This document shows positions 38,520 to 51,590 of a stretch of DNA of 64,000 bases, piece by piece. The stretch comes from Octopus sinensis (taxonomy: Eukaryota). The stretch is from contig NC_043002.1 in the NCBI RefSeq assembly GCF_006345805.1, forward strand, positions 119,908,001 to 119,972,000, given 5' to 3'. The notes beneath the pieces are model-generated. The model saw only the letters and a program-made list of their open reading frames with translations. It was not told the origin of the DNA and made no database searches. Within the stretch, counting starts at the first letter, position 1. Every line of letters starts with the position of its first letter. The translations under genes were made by a program, and so were the position numbers.

Positions 38520-39730
38520 TATCTATAAATCTGAAATGTGAAAAGTTTGTTTGTCTGGTTTTGGCATTGGAACGGGTTAAAGGGCACTAGATCCCGTCGG
38601 ATTGACTCCAAAATTTACAGGGACGTGTAAAATGAGGTGAGGATGTTAGTGGGCTAGGTTATAAATCCATATTCTAAAAGGTGTGGTTACTAGGGCAAAA
38701 AGCGCACACTTTGACAAGTCACCTCTCATTCTCTTATCTGCCTGTCTTCCTTCGTGTCTCTCTGTTTCCTCCCTTCCTTTCACTTTCTCTCTGTAACGTC
38801 GTTTGACAGCGGCTACTATCTTTCCCCCGCCGCTTCGCCAGCGCTGTTACTCTCTCTCTCTACGTCTGTCTGCATTCATAGAGAGAATTATCATCGCCAT
38901 CGCAACAACACAATCATGAGAAGAAATATTATGAATCAGATATTTATTGGATTAATTTATATATGTGTGTGTTCTATATATAAATGTGTATATATAATGT
39001 ATGTATACAAAGTGTATATATCTGTATTTATTTATATATATATGTATATATATAATTTTTATACATTTGTATATATATTGCGTACACACACACATATATA
39101 TAATGCGTATGTACATATATATATATACATATATATATACTGTGTGCATTATGTGGTCGGTTGAGCTGAAAATATGCACACCTATGTTAAAAGTGCTGGC
39201 GAGTTTGCATGGCAACTATTTTTTTCCTTAAATGCAAGGCGTGACCTCTAGGACAAAATTCCTCATCTTATAAAATGTGGCCCGAGTAGACCCGAATGAA
39301 ATCGGGTTATATTAACCAAAATGTTAAAAGAGGTCTAAATGGGGCTGGGAGGGGATTAAAATTTACAGGAGCGGGTGTTTAGGAATTCTCTGTTACATCA
39401 AGCTAAAAAAATTGCGCCAGCCTTTAAATCGTCAATGTGTTGCCGTCCATGATGAAGAAGTTTTGAATGCTTGCCATGGTGAGTCTACTGTCGTGAGAAA
39501 GAATCACTTCAAAACTTGGTGTTTAGGAATTTTCTTTTACATCAAGTTCAGCCAGCCGTTAAACTGCTACTACGTTGCTGTCCGTCGTTAAGAAATGCCA
39601 GCCATTGGTGACTCTACTATCCTCAGATAGTATCCCTTCAAACTTTGGTTTCTAATATTTAAAATTTTTTCTCAGCTCGCAAGTTCGTCTGTCCCTTTTA
39701 AATGTTAGTGTTTTACTGTCTGCCTTGAAG
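38520..39730 (+). mobile_element. Possible Helitron-like element with internal degenerate tandem repeat
   Basis: a|TCtataaatctgaaatg...gtttgtttgtctg start; no clear 3' CTRR hairpin found. Confidence 0.3.
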
Positions 39731-39789
39731 CAGACCTTTCCGTTGTCCCTGCCTGATATTTATGATTGATCTTTCAAAATATATTCTTT

Positions 39790-40228
39790 CTTTGTCCCCT
39801 TGTGGGTAGTAAAGAAATAGGTATTTCGTCTGCAGTTACGTTCTGAGTTCAGATTCCGCCGAGGTCGACTCTCCGTTTCATCCTTTCGGGGTCGATAAAT
39901 TTAGTACCATCTGTGTACTGGGGTCGATCTAATCGACTGGCCCCCTCCCCTCAAAATTTCGGGCCTTGTGCCTAGAGTAGAAAAGAATAAAATAGGGCGA
40001 CGAGCTGGTAGGATCGTTAGCACGCCGGGTGAGATGCTTAGCCGTATTTCGTCTGCCGTTACCTTCTGAGTTCAAATTCCGCCGAGATCGACTTTGCCTT
40101 TCATCCTTTCGGAGTTGATTAAATAAGTACCGGTTACGCACTGGGGCCGATGTACTCGATTTAATCCCTTTGTCTGTCCTTGTTTGTCCCATTTATGTTT
40201 ATCCCCCTGCGGGTAATAAAGAAATAAA
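39790..40228 (+). mobile_element. Tandem cluster of SINE family A (tail fragment, 5'-truncated copy, full copy from 39995)
   Basis: Body motif gtcgac..cctttcgg..gtcgat repeated. Confidence 0.88.
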
Positions 40229-40244
40229 TATATTTCAATAAATT

Positions 40245-40440
40245 GGGTGTACTGAAAAGTTTCTGGCTTTGGATAACAGAAAATACAGGAGTATCAGTTA
40301 ATCATGGTTTTATACAACATATTCCCCTCTAAGATTCACACACTTATTACAGCGATCCTTCAGTTTCTGTAAAAGAACTCGGAAGTTTGGGCCACCAGCC
40401 AGGCTTTTCACGATACCATTAAAACAAGGAACTTTTCAGC
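40245..40440 (-). mobile_element. mariner 3' end
   Basis: TIR tactgaaaagtttctggc; homologous to the reverse complement of 51170-51345. Confidence 0.8.
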
Positions 40441-41169
40441 ACCCCATCATATAATATATTTTTTTTGACATGGAAAGGCTTGGCTGTCGTTTCGAAACTT
40501 TAAATTATTTGCCGTCATCAGGCTGTCATATGGTTTGTTTTTTCCATTTTATACATAGTGTTTTTGGCGTGAGGCATTCACTTGGACGGGGAAATATATT
40601 ATTGGAAATTAGGTGCTCCAAGAATTTTTAAAGAGAGTGGAAAGCCGTTTGTGTAGGAAGAAGTCAACCCTTTCCCAACCAATGAACGATATTTACATGC
40701 CATCGAATTGTCTCTCATGATTATTGCTCAACCTTTAGAGCGAAATGGCCGTACCCCACCCCAAAGTTCTATGTACTATAAGAATTAAGCCAAGTCAGAA
40801 TACAGCATATAGGTCAGGACTTCTAGGCCATTCTTAATCTTTTCCCAGTATAAATAGATATACATACACACATATATGCACACACAAGAATGAACTGACC
40901 GTTATCCATTATATGTCACTCATTTGCGTGTAATACGCCCGAGACGTCGGATACCGTGGAGTATACCAAACAATGAATGATCAACACAACGTGTGCTCTG
41001 GACCAGCTCCTAGGCGCAAAAATACTGGTAGGGGTGGTTTTCCCTGCATGCACAACCTGAATATTTTACGGGATATTTATGCGACTAAAGGTGGCTGCGA
41101 CAGGTTACTGAACCCTACCTGGTGCATATCATTCAAATACCGGTTTCTCTCGACAATCATTATTATTGT

Positions 41170-41172
41170 GTA

Positions 41173-41256
<84 letters not shown>

Positions 41257-41492
41257 AATATATATATATAACACATCACTTAAAACGCATTTGAATAAAC
41301 GTGAATCTTTCTTTGTATAATTACGAACATTTACTACTCAAATTATGCAGGGAAGATCTAACGAGAGTTCGCTCCATGACTTTTTGATATCTTACGCTTG
41401 ATACATCCCCAGAAAATTTCAGAATATCTTATATATGCGTGTATCTCAGTTTATCTATCTATCGATCCATCCATCCATCCATCCATCCTTCC

Positions 41493-41578
<86 letters not shown>

Positions 41579-41630
41579 GTCTACTATCTATCTATCTATC
41601 TATCTATCTAGCTAGCTAGCTAGCTATCAC
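41170..41630. repeat. Two (ATCT)n arrays (41170-41258 and 41452-41625)
   Basis: Seen directly. Confidence 0.9.
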
Positions 41631-41637
41631 TATATAT

Positions 41638-41672
<35 letters not shown>

Positions 41673-42052
41673 ATATATATATTTATATTACATACATGCA
41701 TGTGTACAGCCCTCCACCACACACAGAGACATAATTACATCTTCCCCTACCCATTTCCTGTCCGAATTTGTGGTAATTTTATTCTGTTCTATTGTCCATA
41801 ACGTTCGTACTATGAAATTTTCAATTATATGTCATGCCACTCCGCCAAATATATATATATACATACATACATACATAGACACACTCACACACACACATAC
41901 TACACACGCACGCACACAACACACACATATATCATACATGTAAATCTCAGTTGCTCTATCACAGCGTGGAGTCTTTACTCATTGAGCACGTGGAAAATAT
42001 ATTGGGCGAGCAGCCACGCTATCATGTAATTCCGAATAAAATAAGAATACAC

Positions 42053-42111
<59 letters not shown>

Positions 42112-42119
42112 TATATTAC

Positions 42120-42708
42120 GCGAGAAAGAAGCAACAAGAATGGATAGGTTTTTAGTACGATCGTTTCATACAAGGACAGGTTTTATTAAAGTTGCAAAGT
42201 TACAGCAGATAAACGAGTCCCGTACTCATCAGCTAAAATACATGTAAGTTCTCTAGACATCCTAGTGTTTGAGGCCATACTCATGAAGTAATGTAGATAA
42301 TAAACAGATTTCTAAAGTTCATTAAAGTTCCTTAAAGATGATGTATAGTCTTATCACAGAATTTTAAAAAAGTTTTGATAGCATCACAGAGAAGGTGACC
42401 TAATCCATATGAATCCATATGGATTAGGTCACCTTCTCTGTGATGCTATCAAAACTTTTTTAAAATCTGTGATAAGACTATACATCATCTTTAAGGAACT
42501 TTAATGAACTTTAGAAATCTGTTTAATTATCTACATTACTTCATGAGTATGGCCTCAAACACTAGGATGTCTAGAGAACTTACATGTATTTTAGCTGATG
42601 AGTACGGGACTCGTTTATATGCTGTAATCTTTGCAACTTTAATAAAACCTGTCCTTGTATGAAACGATCGTACTAAAAACCTATCCATTCTTGTTGCTTC
42701 TTTCTCGC
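42120..42708. repeat. Near-perfect 589-bp palindrome (arms about 292 bp, 4-nt loop) built from an old RTE-like RT relic
   Basis: Arms 42120-42411 and 42416-42708; four differences counted; gattttaaaaaag-ttttgatagcatc reads DFKKAFDSI if one base is restored. Confidence 0.93.
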
Positions 42709-42907
42709 TTATAATCACCCCACATTACTGTATGTTAAATCAGTATAGTTTTTTTTGGTGCATCTAAGTTAGGTACCATATTCAAGTAAATTTTTTAAAT
42801 TAACTTGAATTTTTTAAATTAACTTGAATCTTTATTGCTCTTTGTATATATATATATATATATACATATACATACATATACATACATACATACATATATA
42901 CATATAT

Positions 42908-42950
<43 letters not shown>

Positions 42951-43031
42951 CGTATTCATATATATATTTGTGTGCGTATATATATATGTATGTATGTGTG
43001 TATGAATGTATCTATGTATGTACATATATGC

Positions 43032-43064
<33 letters not shown>

Positions 43065-43656
43065 TAGATAGGTAGATATATAGATTTATGTATATGCATG
43101 TGTGCCCGTATATATGCGCATGTGTGTGCATGCGTGTGTGTGTGCAAGTTTGCCTCTACGATTCTTACCCAATGTACACACATTTTTGACAGGTTAATGC
43201 GTGAGTCGTTCGGAGATGACATCTCCTATGGTCCTATGGAAGTGCTTAAAAAAAATTCTATATGGGAGACGGACGAAACATCACTCCTGAAGCAGCTAAC
43301 AAAAACACCAGCTGCATTCTGGCCTATTTGGACGTCCTGAATAGCGATACTCACTAGGAACAACATGTCTGCATGAAATTTTTTGTCTGTGAATAAATGA
43401 GATAATTTTTCGTCTAACTTCTAATATATATATGGCGTCGATAATAACAGCACCTGTAGACCATTTCGGTGCTGCATAATCTCAGCCAGCCACAAGTTCG
43501 TACAAGAATTCTTCGTTTCTAATATAGGAGAAGTGAAAATATTCACAGATGTCGCATATAATTGCCCGGCTGATTAAAATATGGTGTACGCATTTGAGGC
43601 ATTTTAATCAAAACAGCCATCAATGTATCCTATCTAACGTATACACACAAACTGTA

Positions 43657-43990
43657 TCCTTAAATCCTTAAAAATGTTTTAGCCCGAAGGCCGCGGTTAT
43701 GCTGGCGCACCACCGCTGAATGAGCTACACTAATTTGTGAATCCACCTCCGATACGTGGCACTTGATCAACAAGGGAGTTCGATGCTGCTGCCCGCATCT
43801 ACGTCTCCTGTCGTGAGGTAGGTTCATCTGGGACTCCCGACAAGAAGAGATCCAGTTTAGTTTTAAAGAAACCCACATCCACACCATGTAAGTCTCTCAG
43901 GCATTTAGGGAGGATGTTAAAGAGCTGTGGTCCTCTGAAACCCAAGCTGTTGCAGTATCTGGACCTGTATTTTGATGGTGTATAACACAA
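43657..43990 (-). mobile_element. CR1/L2-group LINE 3' end
   Basis: ORF 43799-43990 NSLGFRGPQLFNILPKCLRD...FKTKLDLFLSGVPDEP; short (ttaagga) tail. Confidence 0.85.
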
Positions 43991-44233
43991 CTTTTAGCCC
44001 GAGCACATAGTGTGCTATGATTAAGTGCCAAATAAAAGGCCGAAAATCGAAAGTAATCTATCATTTTCACTGGTCGATGGCTTTTTGACTCTGTGGTATT
44101 TATTTTTATTAACGCAGTATGTCTGTAAGGGATGTTATCTTAGGAAAAATACTGCAGTAACTGGCCTATCTACAATATGTAAATATGGCGGTACATATGT
44201 GTGTGTGTATTTATGTATATATGTGTGTGTGAG

Positions 44234-44279
<46 letters not shown>

Positions 44280-44284
44280 AACAG

Positions 44285-44465
44285 GACAAAACAATAAAAG
44301 TCGATTAGACGCACACGGGGAATATATTAGATTCATGTTCAGGTAGAAAGGACGTTCCGAGCATGATACCTTGTCAGAATAAAGTCCATAGAGGAGGAAA
44401 AAAAAGGAAAGATCAGAGAGTCCGGTGGGATGCAGGTGTGTTGTTACATGACCTAAGAACACGAA
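44285..44465 (-). mobile_element. Penelope-like terminal relic with degenerate hammerhead
   Basis: Minus strand ctgacaagg...gctcggaacgtc; gtgtgttgttacatgacc is shared with the 840-bp unit (gtgtgttgttatacgacc). Confidence 0.45.
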
Positions 44466-45142
44466 AGAAGACTTTTTGATTTATGAAAATTATCTCGCGT
44501 CTAGAGATACTGCCATAATCGCCTCATGGCGATTAAATCAAATTCTGGCTACTGGAGATAAGTCGAGCAATTGTGTATTGACCTAGAAACAGGTGTCCAT
44601 GACGTCCCTCTTATATTTTCTCTGTGTTTACTTGTTCTCCTTTCCATTTTTTCTCGTCGTTCACGTATTTCACTTGTTTTTCCCTGGTTTGTTTACGTAT
44701 TCCATGTTATTTGCACTGCGGTTGACGTCCTCTACCCATATACGCATATATATATATATACTTTTTTTTTATTATTTAATTGAACGCGACGCATCCATTT
44801 CTATGTATATATTTAGGTATGTCATTTTCCCGTTGTCTCTTTATGCAATCCTCAATACACATATATATCGGCATTTGAGATAATGGAGATTTATCTCTCC
44901 GCTAACGATATAAACAATGAGTGCATTTTACATTATAAGTCAATATAAGAGTTTCTCTCATGATATCTACAGCAGTATGGCTTGTCCTAACTGAACATCC
45001 ATGTTTAAGTGGAGATAATATATATTTGTGCGTACGCGTGTGTGGCTCTGTTTGTGTATGTGTGTGTGTGCGTGTCTGTCTGTACGGCTGCGTCTGTGTC
45101 TGTGCGATAGATTGTGTACGTATGTATATATATATATATATA

Positions 45143-45288
45143 GTTAATCCAAACAAGAAAACACAAAGAAACACAGCAACGCGAGGACGTGGAACAAATA
45201 AAGTATTATTGGACGCTCAGGAAAGAAGGGGAGATGGAGGGTTTAACGTTTCGAGCGGAGCTCTTCGTCGGAAACAAAGGAGAAGGAA
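45143..45288 (-). mobile_element. Short Penelope-type element with minimal hammerhead, copy 3
   Basis: (TA)n on both sides; hammerhead motif at 45241-45275. Confidence 0.78.
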
Positions 45289-45385
45289 TATATATATATA
45301 CCTACACACTCCCTCTCTTGCGTACACACACAAAACACACACAACAAACACACACAGACACGCAAATACATATACACGTGTGTGT

Positions 45386-45418
<33 letters not shown>

Positions 45419-45500
45419 CACACACATATATATATATACACATATACATATATATATATATATAATATATATATATATACATACATATATGTGTGTGTGT

Positions 45501-45539
<39 letters not shown>

Positions 45540-46047
45540 ATGCATATATGTATTATAACACGAAATTACGATTCATATGCATCCGAAAGCTAAGGACTGC
45601 TGAATCCAAGTTCTTTTGTTTTACATGGAGAATGGCACAACCCTAATATGTGATGAGACGATATTTGCCAATGAGAAAATAGTAAAAAGACTAAAGCGTC
45701 TTGTAGTATTGCGTGACAGCAACGTTGATATCTAGTATTTACAGGGGGTCAGACCTCTGCATGACCTCGTATCTATTTACGATTGACCGTTCCAAATGTA
45801 AAAGCCAGGGTGGTGACCTGGTAAATCTTACTTCGTTCCTCTTTTACACACTTTCTCGTTGTGTTCCTTCATCTTTGTTTCTTCTTTTTCTTCTATTAAT
45901 TTCTGTCTATGGATGTATATATGTGTGAGCTTGGAGGTGTGTATGTGTGCACATACAAATATATGTATATATATATATATATGTAAGTGCGCATATGTAT
46001 ATATTACATATCAGTTAGTTGATTATATATACTCTTTACTCTCTCTC

Positions 46048-46431
46048 TTTTACTCTTTTACTTGTTTCAGTCATTTGACTGTGGCCGTGCTGGAGCACCG
46101 CCTTTAGTCGAGCAAATCGACCCAGGGACTTTGTAAGCCCAGTACTTATTCTATCGGTCTATTTTGCTGAACGGCTAAGTGACGGGGACGTAAATACACC
46201 AGCATCGGTTGTCAAGCAATGCTAGGGGGACAAACACGGACACACATACACTAGACACACGTACACATATATACGACAGGCTTCTTCCAGTTTCCGTCTA
46301 CCAAATCCACTCACAAGGCATTGGTCGGCCCGGGGTTATAGCAGAAGACACTTGCCCAAGGTGCCACGCAGTGGGACTGAACCCGGAACCATGTGGTTGG
46401 TTAGCAAGCTACTTACCAGACAGCCACTCCT
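46048..46431 (-). mobile_element. SINE family B
   Basis: Aligns with 49066-49445. Confidence 0.92.
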
Positions 46432-46488
46432 CTATATATATATATATATATATACACATTTGATTATTCGTACACACACAGACAGACA

Positions 46489-46523
<35 letters not shown>

Positions 46524-46889
46524 CATACACAGGCACACAGACATAGTTTGTGTCTATGAATGAACTAGTGTGAGTATATGTGCATCTGTCCGATGTAATG
46601 TTCCCTACCTTTCTATTTGTGCAAACGCGTTTTTAGAGCATACACCTATGCTTGTGTGTGAGTGCGTGTGTGAAAGTGTGTGTGTATGTGTGTGTGTCAA
46701 TGTGTGCTTATTTAATTACGCATCAAGCTTTACCTTCGTCAATTTCTTTTGTTTTGCAATCCCTACCTTCCCACGCACAAACACTCGTATACATCCAATG
46801 AGCTGCTCTACCTCCTCCGTTTTCTTTCTCGACCTATCAAAAAGCATATACACTCATTTCATAGATATTCCTCTGTTGTCATCTCTTTA

Positions 46890-47300
46890 AACTTCGTTTG
46901 TTTATCTGGCTGTTATTGCTCTTTGTTTGCCTCTAAATCTCTGCCTCACATTCACTCCCTTTCCGTATCTCTGCTTGTCCTTCACTTTCACTTTTTGCCT
47001 GTCCGTCTTTTGTTTTCTCTCATTTTTTTCTCATTCTCTCACTTCTAATTATCTTGAAGTATATTTATTTCAGTTTGTTTTACTCTCTTTCTCTCTCTCT
47101 CCCTCTCTCTCTTTCTCCCTCTCTCTCTTTCTCCCTCTCTCTCACTCTCCCACTCTCTCCATACAGCCTTTCAACGTCTGTTTATCTTCCCACTTTTGTT
47201 TTCTCTATCAATACTTTCCCTCTTCTCTCCTCAACTGATTTCATCACTAGCTACCTTCATCACTCCTTCCTTACCACTCTCTACTACTTAGTCTCTCTCT
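46890..47300. repeat. Polypyrimidine (CT-rich) tract
   Basis: Seen directly. Confidence 0.8.
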
Positions 47301-47629
47301 GACATTTTACTGTATTTAATGCTTCTCCGTTGACCTGCAGTCTCACTTATTGATGGTGTGAACATAAGAAAACTAATTATAAAATCCATTAGTCGTATGC
47401 TTGTTTCACCTCCAATAACAAATAGATTGTAGAGAGGCAACTGCAGCGACATCTGTTGATGAAATTTTGGATAGAGGAAAGAGAAAGGGAAAGGCTATCT
47501 CCACGTTTACTAACTTCTTGGACAACCTACGTACTGATTCTTCGAAGTCTCCCCCATATTTCTTTAATGCTGGTGATAAATTTATGTAACTAATGACGCA
47601 ATAAAATTTATACATAATACGTACACGTA

Positions 47630-47682
<53 letters not shown>

Positions 47683-47856
47683 ATGATATTGATTGATTTT
47701 CGTTGCTTTAATCTCTGCCTGTGTGAATAACCTTCAAGTATTTTGGTTTCTCTGGAAGACCCATTTTAAAGGAGAAGAAATAGCTAAGATTTTTGGCTGC
47801 TATTTCTGAGCTTCGGTGTGTGGTGAAGCAATTCTTTGCTGAACCCTTTTCATTAG

Positions 47857-47891
<35 letters not shown>

Positions 47892-48066
47892 GAGGGTATG
47901 TGATTTTTTTTATTCTTTAACTTTTATTTGTTTCAGTCATTCGACTTGAATTGTAGTCGAATGGATTGACCCCGTACATTCTCTCCCTCCCCTCTCTCTC
48001 TCTCTATATATATATATATGTAAATATGTATATATATATATATTATATATATATATAAGTAAATAT

Positions 48067-48117
<51 letters not shown>

Positions 48118-49065
48118 GTATGAGTATATATATATTATATACGCTCTCTCAGTTACACACACTCATAAGATTGTGGATATTAATAAAAAGATTGAATTTT
48201 AGGAAAAAATGTATACTTTGTATTCTTTAGGTACAGGATTTTATGTTCGTATTTCAAGTCTTGCACACTCCACACTAAAACAATTTACTCTAAATTGACA
48301 AAATCCACAATCCAGATCATCAGCATTTCTATTTGTAATGGCTCTACAGGGATTATCTTTATGCTCCACAACCAACTTCACTCACCCTAGATAATTTCTC
48401 CTTTCTCTCACATGCTCATATTTTCTTCTCTGTTCTCTTTTCTTTTACTTTATCGCTCGTCATCTTTAAACGTGACTCTACCCCTATTCCAGCATCAAAA
48501 TTATCTTATAAACCATATAGATTTTTTTATGTGATTTTGTTTGTGTGTGTCTTTGTGTGTTTTTGTGTTCTCTTCTTACGATATTTTCACTTTTTGTATT
48601 TATAACAATGAAGGCGACCTAAAACCATACATTCTAAAATTGCACTGTTTCTATGTTTACAAACTGTAGTGCAAAACAAAGTTTAGTTCCACACTTGAAG
48701 CTTTCTCTATATATGTTTAGTAGTAACTCCAGAATATGAATAAAAAATTGTTTAAGGGGATTTTAATAGCTGCTAAGGATTTTAAGTTGAAATCAAATTC
48801 TATTTCTATCGGAAAGCCGATGTGGCTTGAAATTGCACCCTTTCTAGAGAATGTGTTAAAAGGTGGGTGACAGTGCGGAATGTGGTTAGGGTGAATGTGA
48901 CTATACTAAGCCTGGGTCTAGAGAGTAGTAACCCACAGTTAGGCGGGGCTCGTGCTCTTCAAGGATAGGATGTCCAACTACTACAGGTGGCACCACAGAT
49001 TGTTTTTAAACTGACTCTAATCATCTGATGATAACGATTACAACCATTATTTATACTGGCTGGTA

Positions 49066-49445
49066 TACTCTTTTACTTGTTTCAGTAATTTGACTGCGGC
49101 CATGCTGGAGCACCGCCTTTAATCGAGCAAATCGACCCCGGGACTTATTCTTTTGTAAGTCCAGTACTTATTCTATCGGTCTCTTTTCCCGAACCGGGGA
49201 CATAAATACACCAGCATCGGTTGCCAAACAATGCTAGGGGGACAAACACAGACACACAAACATACACATATATACATATATACGACAGGCTTCTTTCAGT
49301 TTCCGTCTACCAAATCCACTCACAAGGCATTGGTCGGCCCGAGGCTATAGCAGAAGACATTTGCCCAAGGTGCCACGCAGTGGGACTGAACCCGGAACCA
49401 TGTGGTTGGTTAGCAAGCTACTTACCACACAGCCACTCCTGCGCC
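49066..49445 (-). mobile_element. SINE family B, full length
   Basis: Minus-strand head ggcgcaggagtggctgtgtggtaagtagcttgc...ccgggttcagtcccactgcg. Confidence 0.93.
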
Positions 49446-49539
49446 TATACCCTACATTCTTGATATATCTACTTTTAAATCAGAATGTTACGAGATCTTT
49501 TCTACCACCATGTATGCAATTTTTCTGCGTGAAGAAATT

Positions 49540-50410
49540 GCAGCGTTTTTTTTTTATGTCACGCATAATGATACTTTGCATCTGGTCTTCAGTTTTATTG
49601 TCTGCTTGAATGTCAACATTCCAGAGAATCTATTTCATTCATCAGGTTCACTTACAACCTTTTCTTGTACATAACTATATCACTTGTCTGAAGTTTTGTA
49701 TCCGAATATTTCACAGATTGATCAGTTTAGTTTGGGACAATCTTTATTATGACTTCGCTTCTATTCTTGCTGAGTTAACACTTCGCATCCTGCAGTAATA
49801 CAATAATTATTTCCACACCCCTCTAGTGTTTAGAGCTTACGATGAACCCTGACTTTTCAAATTCTTGGTATCACAGCAGAACCGTCTATATAACTAAATT
49901 TCTTCTGACGTTTCATCCCTTTCACAAATTACCTGCTTTCGTGTGCGTTGTACTCCCTGTGTTCCACGCTATCAAGTCCTACTTGAATTGTTGCATTCTT
50001 CCCTTTTTACTTTCTCTTTCAATCCTTTATGCAAAACATCACCGAGTTACATTATGTCTAGATACATACATGTCTTATCAATCTAAAATCTGTAATTCGG
50101 ATACGAACATTCCATTACAATGGGCTTTCTATACCCTCTTTATAGCTACAGATACAAAATTTGACATACCAAGCTTCGTTCGCACATATGATCATGTTGG
50201 CATATCTAAGTTTCGGTGGTAACAAATAACGTGGGGGAGACAGAGTCACTATGGCTTTTAAAGTCTCCGCTCATCAGTTATATTAAGTTCACCATCAAAA
50301 TCGTTTGTATATCACAGTGGGACCAGGAATTTTGAAGACATTTTCAGCTGTCAATAACTCTAAGTGACTCATGGGGTGCCATGCTGTAAGGCTTCTTGGA
50401 AGCGATCCAC
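49540..50410 (-). pseudogene. Old R4/Dong-type RT relic
   Basis: Decayed motifs in the expected order: WIASKKPYSMAPHES (WIDYKKAYD.VPH), SDSVSPTLF (GDSLSPLLF), MYLDIM*LGDVLHKGLKEK. Confidence 0.6.
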
Positions 50411-50497
50411 AACCTGCGCAAATTAAATGTTTTCTCGGAAAAAAATCCCAGTAACTTCTAAAGGAGATTAAGCCAGGTGACCTACAGATTATTTCCT

Positions 50498-50526
50498 GTC
50501 TTCTTCTTCTTCTTCTTCTTCTTCTT

Positions 50527-50557
<31 letters not shown>

Positions 50558-50560
50558 TTC

Positions 50561-50595
<35 letters not shown>

Positions 50596-50608
50596 TTTAA
50601 TAGTAGTG

Positions 50609-50656
<48 letters not shown>

Positions 50657-50670
50657 GTAGTAGTAGTAGC
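50498..50670. repeat. (CTT)n-(TTA)n-(TAG)n compound microsatellite
   Basis: Seen directly. Confidence 0.95.
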
Positions 50671-51169
50671 CTCTTAATGCTACACTAGTAGCCTCTTAAG
50701 GCTACACCCGCTCGAAATCATCATGATTTTTTTGAAGTCATACGTTTAGATAACTTTCAGTGGTTTAAATGCTTGTCCTTTGAATTACAATCACAGTCCA
50801 TCTTACGGGGTTTTACGCAATTTATGTCCACCTAATATCACGCACTAGATTTGTTTTGACACAAAACACTTGCCCAAGATGCCATACAATAAGATCGAAA
50901 CCAGTTTCTCATGGTTGCCAAGGGAACTTCTTAATCTTATATACACAAATTGCTATCTTGAGTTCATAGATTGCCAAGTTCTCAAGATCCGTTGGATAGC
51001 AAGCCACAAAGTTGAAAATTTGTTTCCAGAGATGGTAACAGATATATGTAGACCAGATATTAAACTTTTAAAGTGGTCAGTTTTGTGGTAAGTCAATGCG
51101 GTTGGTTGATTTAGGCTTATTTCAAAAGGGGAGGTACGGTTATTTTGACAATGAAAAGAGAAGTCTGAG

Positions 51170-51345
51170 CATAAGGGCATCACGAAAAGCCTGGCTGGAG
51201 GTCCAGCCTTCCGAGTTCCTTTACAGAGCTTAGAAAAAGTGAAGGACACCTACAATAAGTGTGAACGTGAGAGGGGAATGTTAAATAAAATCATAATACA
51301 CTGATCCTCCGGTATTTTTTTTACCTAAATCCAAGAACTTTCAGC
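51170..51345 (+). mobile_element. mariner 3' end
   Basis: aaagcctggctggaggtccagccttccgagttc...caataagtgtg..gaggggaat; TIR-like aagaactttcagcaccc. Confidence 0.75.
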
Positions 51346-51555
51346 ACCCACCTCCTCATAAAGATAAATGCATCAATGAGCTGGTGCTTATAGTTTCAGA
51401 TTAAGTGAAAGGATTCCAGGTAGAAAGGATGTTATATTTTGTATACTTTCCAGAATGTTTGTATACATTTCAGCTTCAACCTTTTGTCATACGTGTTATT
51501 GAACTTCTAGTTTATCAGGGATCAGCATCTGTTTTCAGTTGATAAGTTCTGAATC

Positions 51556-51590
<35 letters not shown>

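Noticed and set aside
40480-40530. Minus-strand ctgatgacggc...gaaacgac
   Set aside because: Stem II does not pair, the triplet is GAC, and stem I is absent
44545-44600. ctggaga...gaaacaggtgtc
   Set aside because: The core and stem I are both defective; left as a possible relic only
50870-51249. ORFs with apparent splice sites (ccag|...gtg|gtaagt)
   Set aside because: The 3' part is a mariner end and the remainder shows no recognisable homology or exon partners
40245-51345. Two mariner right ends of the same family in inverted orientation, forming a possible 11-kb composite transposon
   Set aside because: The TIRs are degenerate and no clean matching TA junctions are visible; independent insertions are simpler
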